Part shown: piece by piece, positions 58,890 to 64,000 of the stretch
How the letters are laid out: each line of letters starts with the position of its first letter
Numbering within the stretch: the first letter of the stretch is position 1
Assembly (NCBI GenBank): GCA_965223845.1
Contig: CBDCXR010000004.1
Location: forward strand, 2,656,001 to 2,720,000
Direction of reading: 5' to 3'
From: Planctomycetota bacterium
GTDB taxonomy: Bacteria > Planctomycetota > UBA8108 > SXIK01
Length of the DNA stretch: 64,000 nt
The notes under the pieces: generated by a model
The model's database searches: none
Told to the model about the DNA's origin: nothing
What the model saw: only the letters and a program-made list of their open reading frames with translations
Made by a program: the position numbers and the translations under genes

Positions 58890-60071
58890 TCAGGTCGTCA
58901 GACACTCGAGAGCGTCGTTCACGGTCGCCGACCCCTCGTCCATGATGCGCGCGCAATCGAGAAGGAGTCGAGTCGTGCTGACATGGACGTTTCGTCGAGT
59001 TTCACTCGACTTCGCGACCAATCGAAACGTCTTCGGCGTCGATTGGAGCACGCGATAGAACGCTTCGACGCCTTCGAACTCTTCGAGGTGAACAGCCACG
59101 ATCTGCCCGTGGACGAAGCAGATGCGCGCTTCAAGCTCCGGCAGAACGATCTCGCAGGTCTTCTGACGAAGGTTGATCGCCTGTACGATCGCCGGCAGGT
59201 CGAGCACTTCGAGCCGTCCCGAGAGATCCGAGCTCGATTCGGACGTCGTCTCCCCTTTCATGCGCATGTCGCGCGCCTTTCCGGCGAGGAATCGAGAGAG
59301 AGTCACGCTGATCTGCGGGAACTTGACGAGCATGCCTTCGAAAGCCGCTTTGGGGACTCGACCTACCGACGACGCGACGGCACACGAAAACGCGCTGCGC
59401 ACGGGATCACCGGCCATCAACTCCGTCACTGCGAAGCATTCGCCCGGACCGTAATCGCGCACAACCTTCGCACTGCAACCGATCGCGCTCTGCTCTTCGG
59501 TGACTCGTCCGCTGACGACGAAGTAAAAATACTCCGCGACGTCCCCCTGACTGAGGATGCAATGCTCCTCGGCGAGATCGACGACCACGCTCATGTCGAG
59601 AAGTCGACGACGCATCTCCGCCGGCAGTCCGTCGAGAAACGACTGCGAGTCGAGTTCGTTTTCCGCCGTGGAATCGGCGGGCGGGGGGACGGCGACCGCC
59701 TGATCCGGCGCGAGTGAAACGAGCGCGTGAAGGAAGAGGTCCTCGGTGAAGGGCTTCAAGAGATAGCCGTCCACTCCGGCCTTCCACGCCTCACGCATTC
59801 GGCGCTCGTCCGAGCAGCTCGTCACCATCAGAATCGGAATCCCACTCAGATTCTCCGTGCTCTTCAGGTGCTGGACGAGAGTGAGCCCGTCCATGTTCGG
59901 CATCATCCAGTCGACGAGGATCAGATCGACATCGAAACCGTTCTCGTCGAGTGCGAGGATCGCCTTCACTCCGTCCTCCGCTTCGATGACATCGACGTCA
60001 CCGAGGCAAGAGAGCACTTCGCGATGGAGTCGTCGCATCGCACGCGAGTCATCTACGATCAGGACTTTCAT
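58890..60071 (-). CDS. Response regulator: REC + cNMP-binding-like domain + DUF4388 (PatA_N-like)
   Basis: IVDDS...LVDWMMPNMDG...MVTS...LKPF; QGD...YFVVSGRV...GPGECF...RSA; DLSGRLEVLDLPAIVQAINLRQKTC...GQIV...TRLLLDCARIMDE. Confidence 0.85.
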   Translation of the reverse strand: MKVLIVDDSRAMRRLHREVLSCLGDVDVIEAEDGVKAILALDENGFDVDLILVDWMMPNMDGLTLVQHLKSTENLSGIPILMVTSCSDERRMREAWKAGVDGYLLKPFTEDLFLHALVSLAPDQAVAVPPPADSTAENELDSQSFLDGLPAEMRRRLLDMSVVVDLAEEHCILSQGDVAEYFYFVVSGRVTEEQSAIGCSAKVVRDYGPGECFAVTELMAGDPVRSAFSCAVASSVGRVPKAAFEGMLVKFPQISVTLSRFLAGKARDMRMKGETTSESSSDLSGRLEVLDLPAIVQAINLRQKTCEIVLPELEARICFVHGQIVAVHLEEFEGVEAFYRVLQSTPKTFRLVAKSSETRRNVHVSTTRLLLDCARIMDEGSATVNDALECLTT

Positions 60072-60123
60072 CGTGTCATCCCCGTGATCCGTTCTCCGAC
60101 GCCACGTCTCGTCCCGCCGGCCG

Positions 60124-61845
60124 CTACCTCGGCGCCAGGCCGAGGATCGGGATCTTTTCGTCGCGCTCGTCCCCGACGACGAGCCCCGTGGTCTCGCAGC
60201 CGCCGGAGCCCGCGGTAGCCGGGCGGACGATGACGTCGCGCGTCGCGACCCACTCGTCTACGAGGAGAGCGACCGCCTCGGTACCACTCGCGCTGAAGAC
60301 GACCTCGCGCTCGCGCTTCGCGTCGCCGATCGTCAGATCGAACAGGCGGGTCTCGCGCCCCTCGTAGGTGCACGTACGCTCCGACCCTTGCCCCGCGATG
60401 GGGCACGAAGACTCCGGGAGGTGCCCGAGCACGCAATGGCGCGGGATCCCGGCGGTCCGCTGACCGGCTCGAACCTCGACGACCGTGAGCTGACACAAAT
60501 CGTTCGGCAGCGAGAGCGTCACGCTCGCGTTTTCCGTGTCGACCTCGATCGATCCGCCGAAATCCTGGAGACGTCGGCGAATCGGGAAGAGCCGCAGATT
60601 CGACGCCGGGCCGCGCGGCAGTCGGACGCCCCGGATGTGGACCGAGTGGCGCTGGGAGTCTCGGTCGATCCCGAGCCTGAGCTCGACATCGATTCCGAGC
60701 TCACGAGCGGTGAGAGAAACCGCCGCGAGTGCGGTCTCGCAAATCCGCCGCACGAGCTCGGCGACGAGAGGATCGACCGTTCCGGTGTCACCTTCGATCG
60801 CGATGGCCTTCCCGCTCTCGCTTCGAAGTGACGAGAGGATCTCGCGGAGGCGGACTCCACGGGCGTCGGCGACGCGACGGTGCATCTGCTCAAGCGCCTC
60901 GACGAGCCGTTCGGCGACCCGATCTTTTTCAGTGGCGTCGGACGCCCGCCCGATCGTCCGCGCGAGGTCGAGAGAGGCCGCGAGCGGTGCCGCGAGTGCA
61001 TCGAGCTGAGCACGCGCGTCGGAGTCGAAGTCGGACGGGAGACTCGGTGGGAGCGCGGCAGCGTCGGTCCTTGTCTCCTCGTCGCTGGCGAGTCGGGGCC
61101 GCGAGGTCTGCGGCGTCGAACGCTCCGCGAGATCGGCGCTCGCGGGCGCCGACGAAGTCGCCGGTGTCTTCGTTCGAGGTGCGCTCCCGGCCCGAGCCGT
61201 CGAGTTACGCGCTGCGGCCGGCGCCGGAGCAGCCCGCGGTGCGCGCTCGGTCGGCGCGCTCTTTTCCTGCGACGGCGCCCGAGCGGGCGGGCGCTCGCTC
61301 GAGCCCTCGCCGTCGTTCGGGCTCGACATCGCTCCGAGCTTCATCGACGCGAGTCGACTGAGCTCAGAGATATCCGGGTGCACTTTCGGAGCGCGCGCGA
61401 GGATCTTGCGGAGATCGACGTGCGGATCGCTCGCCGGAGCTTCCTTTCGCGCGGGCGCGGCACCGGTCTCGAGCGACTCGCCAACCGCGCGCTGAAGCCC
61501 GTCAAAGTAGCCGTCCGGCCGCTCCTTGCCGTCGCGGGCAAATCCGACGTAGCGCCGCGTGCGGGTGATGAATTCCATCAACAGCGCGACTTCCCACGGA
61601 TCGTTGGCGTCGGAAGCGTCCGCGCGCCGGCGCACCAGCTCGAGGAGATCGCTCGCCACTCCCGCGAGGTCGTGGAACTCGAAGGCCGAAGCGTTCCCCT
61701 TGATCGTGTGGAGTCCGAGCTCGAGTCGGGGACGCAGCTCGCGCGCGTCGCCACCGGCCCGAATCTCTGTACAGCCCCGACCGAGGTCCGTGAGGATGTC
61801 CTGAGTTTCTTCGAGGAACTCGTCGACCGAAACCCCGAGTACCAT
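60124..61845 (-). CDS. CheA-like protein: Hpt + low-complexity linker + degenerate kinase core + CheW-like domain
   Basis: EFLEE...LHTIKGNASAF (Hpt, His46); GKAIAIEG..VD, LQDFGGSIEV..T.SLP (P4 remnants); VRAG...IP, ALLVDE....DVIVRP (CheW/P5). Confidence 0.8.
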   Translation of the reverse strand: MVLGVSVDEFLEETQDILTDLGRGCTEIRAGGDARELRPRLELGLHTIKGNASAFEFHDLAGVASDLLELVRRRADASDANDPWEVALLMEFITRTRRYVGFARDGKERPDGYFDGLQRAVGESLETGAAPARKEAPASDPHVDLRKILARAPKVHPDISELSRLASMKLGAMSSPNDGEGSSERPPARAPSQEKSAPTERAPRAAPAPAAARNSTARAGSAPRTKTPATSSAPASADLAERSTPQTSRPRLASDEETRTDAAALPPSLPSDFDSDARAQLDALAAPLAASLDLARTIGRASDATEKDRVAERLVEALEQMHRRVADARGVRLREILSSLRSESGKAIAIEGDTGTVDPLVAELVRRICETALAAVSLTARELGIDVELRLGIDRDSQRHSVHIRGVRLPRGPASNLRLFPIRRRLQDFGGSIEVDTENASVTLSLPNDLCQLTVVEVRAGQRTAGIPRHCVLGHLPESSCPIAGQGSERTCTYEGRETRLFDLTIGDAKREREVVFSASGTEAVALLVDEWVATRDVIVRPATAGSGGCETTGLVVGDERDEKIPILGLAPR

Positions 61846-61880
61846 GCTCTCTTCTCCTCAGAGCGTCGTTTCCTCGCCGC

Positions 61881-62273
61881 TCATCCTCGCTGCGCTTCCG
61901 GCAGCACGTCCTTCAACACTTCGGACAGAATCTCGACGCGGAACGGCTTCTGCATGACCTCGTGCGCCCCGCGCTGCCTGGCCTCGTCGGCCTGGACCTT
62001 GCGCGAGTCACCGGTCAGCATGACGACCGGAAAGGATCGGTCCGGACAACGTTCCGACAGTTCGGTCAGGAACGAGAGTCCATCCATCTCGGGCATGCAT
62101 ACGTCGCAAAAGGCGAGGTCGAGTCGGTAGTTCTCCGACTCGAGAACCTCGAACGCCTCCTTGCCGTTTCCGGCGTGGAGGAACTCGCAGTCGTCGTAGC
62201 CGGCATGACCGATCGCGGACTGCAACATCCGCCTCGTCACCCGCGAGTCGTCAATCAGCAAGATCTTCGGCAT
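61881..62273 (-). CDS. CheY-like single-domain response regulator
   Basis: LIDDS, FCDVCMPEMDG, MLTG, KPF. Confidence 0.9.
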   Translation of the reverse strand: MPKILLIDDSRVTRRMLQSAIGHAGYDDCEFLHAGNGKEAFEVLESENYRLDLAFCDVCMPEMDGLSFLTELSERCPDRSFPVVMLTGDSRKVQADEARQRGAHEVMQKPFRVEILSEVLKDVLPEAQRG

Positions 62274-62769
62274 CGTCCACACCTACTGTACAGTTCGCAG
62301 CTTCGCGGAGATTGAGCTCGGCGGCAAACGTCCCCACTTCAGTCTCGAACAAGGTCAGTTCACAAGGAACGTCGCGACTGCTCCAAACAACGCGGTGCGG
62401 CCCCACAACGACGTTCGGTAGAGAGATTCGTGCTTCGCGGGAGTCGTTTCCGTCCTCGATGATCGCGAGTAGGTTGCCCGCGACGATGTTGGTCAGCTCG
62501 CCGACGCAGTCGGAAATGTCCTGCTCGGTGCACTGGTCCTCACCCTGCCGCAGCATCAGGCAAGCGAGCTTCTGGGCGACCTGGATCGGCATGCTGATCA
62601 CGATGCTTCCCCGAGCGGCCCCCGTCACTCCGATGATCCCGGAAACGTCAAACGGCGCTTCGCGGTTCATCTCTGTTCGCTTCTCGACGATACGAGCGTC
62701 CAACCGGCACATCATGAGCACGGTCTGCTGAACGACGTCCGCCAATCCGTCGGAGTATCGATCACTCAT
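62251..62769 (-). CDS. cheX: CheX-family phosphatase
   Basis: VSGIIGVTG...GSIVIS, DCVGELTNIVAGN (ExxN), ISLPNVV. Confidence 0.88.
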   Translation of the reverse strand: MSDRYSDGLADVVQQTVLMMCRLDARIVEKRTEMNREAPFDVSGIIGVTGAARGSIVISMPIQVAQKLACLMLRQGEDQCTEQDISDCVGELTNIVAGNLLAIIEDGNDSREARISLPNVVVGPHRVVWSSRDVPCELTLFETEVGTFAAELNLREAANCTVGVDDAEDLAD

Positions 62770-62923
62770 GTCTGCTTCCCAATCTCGGAACATAGGAACG
62801 CCGATCCCCGGACCATCGGTCCCGGCTGTTCAGCGAACCAAACGATAGTCACTGCGTTTTTCCTACTTCGGTCTCGGCTCCTCTTTTCGCGAGTCTTTCT
62901 CAGCACCTAGGTCTCTGGAGATC

Positions 62924-63958
62924 TCAAGTTTGCGCAGTTCGAATGCTGATTCCGGTCAGCGCTTCCGGTATCTCGTCGAGGTCGAGGACGTGCGCCGCAG
63001 CGCCGAGGTCGATCGCCCTCTGCGGCATTCCGTTAACGACGCAGCTTTCCTCGCTCTGAACGATGGTCTCTGCGCCCCGCTCTCTCATGTGGCGCAGCCC
63101 GTACGCGCCATCGGCGCCCATTCCCGTGAGCAGGATGCCGAGTGCCTCGTCGCCCGCAGATTCTGCCACCGAGTGAAAGAGAACGTCGATCGACGGCCGA
63201 AACGCGGTGTCGATCGGCTCGATCTCGGAGCGAACGCGGTAGACGCCGGTCGGACCTCGTCGGACGACGACGTGACGATCGTGCGGCGCGATGTAGATCC
63301 TCCCGTCGCGCAAGATCGCGTTGTCTTGCGCGCTCGAGACGGTTCGGCGGCAAGACGTGTCGAGACGCTTCGTGAACGGAGTCAGAAACTGTCCCGGCAT
63401 GTGCTGAACGACGAGAATCGGCGGACCGCGGCCCGGCAACTCCGCCAGGATGCGCTGGAGAGCTCGGGGACCACCCGTCGATGCCCCGATCGCGATCAAC
63501 TTCGCGTCACGAGCGAGACAGGTTCGAGGCTGCGCCGGCGTTTTCCGGTTCGCGTCGGCGAGCGGTTTGGCCGAAACCGAGCCGTGAATCAAATCGCAGA
63601 GCGTCCGCCGGAGCGCGAACACACCCTCGGGATCTCGAGGCTTACAGACGACGTCGATGCCGCCTGCCTCAAGCGCCTCCATCGCGACGCTCCCCCCTGC
63701 CTCGGTGAGCGCCGAGACCACGATGACGGGAATCGGATTGTAGCGCATGAGCTTCCGCAGGAACGTGATCCCGTCCATCCGCGGCATGCCGACATCGAGC
63801 GTGAGCACGTCGGGCCGCAGCTCGACGACCAAGTCGCGAGCGGCGAATGCGTCGTGCGCGACTCCGACGACTTCGATCTCCGGGTCCTGCGATAGGACCT
63901 TTCGGAGGAGCCCGCACATGATGGGCGAGTCGTCGACGACGAGGACTTTGACGCTCAT
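62924..63958 (-). CDS. cheB: Chemotaxis response regulator protein-glutamate methylesterase
   Basis: REC (VVDDS, TLDVGMPRMDG) plus catalytic GASTGG, VQHMP, RPSIDVLF, LTGMGADG, QSEESCVVNGMP. Confidence 0.96.
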   Translation of the reverse strand: MSVKVLVVDDSPIMCGLLRKVLSQDPEIEVVGVAHDAFAARDLVVELRPDVLTLDVGMPRMDGITFLRKLMRYNPIPVIVVSALTEAGGSVAMEALEAGGIDVVCKPRDPEGVFALRRTLCDLIHGSVSAKPLADANRKTPAQPRTCLARDAKLIAIGASTGGPRALQRILAELPGRGPPILVVQHMPGQFLTPFTKRLDTSCRRTVSSAQDNAILRDGRIYIAPHDRHVVVRRGPTGVYRVRSEIEPIDTAFRPSIDVLFHSVAESAGDEALGILLTGMGADGAYGLRHMRERGAETIVQSEESCVVNGMPQRAIDLGAAAHVLDLDEIPEALTGISIRTAQT

Positions 63959-64000
63959 GGACCGAATCACCGGGCGAAAGCGGACAGGGGCGGGCGGTCT

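Noticed and set aside
60068-60900. Possibility that the CheA-like gene is a frameshifted pseudogene with kinase boxes in another frame
   Set aside because: The overlapping minus-strand ORFs (60519-61013, 60068-60496) contain no N/G1/G2 motifs, and the main frame runs unbroken from Hpt to CheW.
63961-64000. Possible 3' end of an upstream che gene (TGA near 63967-63969 on the minus strand)
   Set aside because: Only about 10 codons are visible; it cannot be identified.

Overview
High-GC (roughly two-thirds G+C by eye), gene-dense bacterial DNA with about 49 CDS. I found no rRNA, tRNA, CRISPR array or recognisable mobile element. Gene content points to a Planctomycetota genome (inference): DUF1549/DUF1553 plus DUF1501 pairs, a PVC-type heme-c propeller protein, a PQQ-like propeller, a PPC-domain protein and a C-terminal dockerin-like FxRGDxD domain. 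Recognisable modules: S9 peptidase; two DUF1549/1553-DUF1501 cassettes; etfBA with a membrane Fe-S/CCG oxidoreductase; an ABC-2 exporter; purB; a CotH-like kinase; an Opp/Dpp importer with an inserted purple-acid-phosphatase-type lipoprotein; an L-galactose/L-galactonate dehydrogenase-like pair; thpR-IYD-like nitroreductase-arfB; tandem amidohydrolases; a Na+/solute symporter; and the distal end of a chemosensory operon. The most unusual system is that operon: cheB, cheX, cheY, a CheA-like protein that keeps its Hpt histidine and CheW domain but has lost the ATP-binding boxes, and a REC-cNMP-DUF4388 output protein. Two further apparent pseudo-enzymes (a HEAT-repeat alpha/beta-hydrolase and an amidohydrolase) each sit beside a partner gene with intact catalytic motifs. 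All family calls come from motif recognition by eye, not database searches. Many start codons were re-picked relative to the ORF track.
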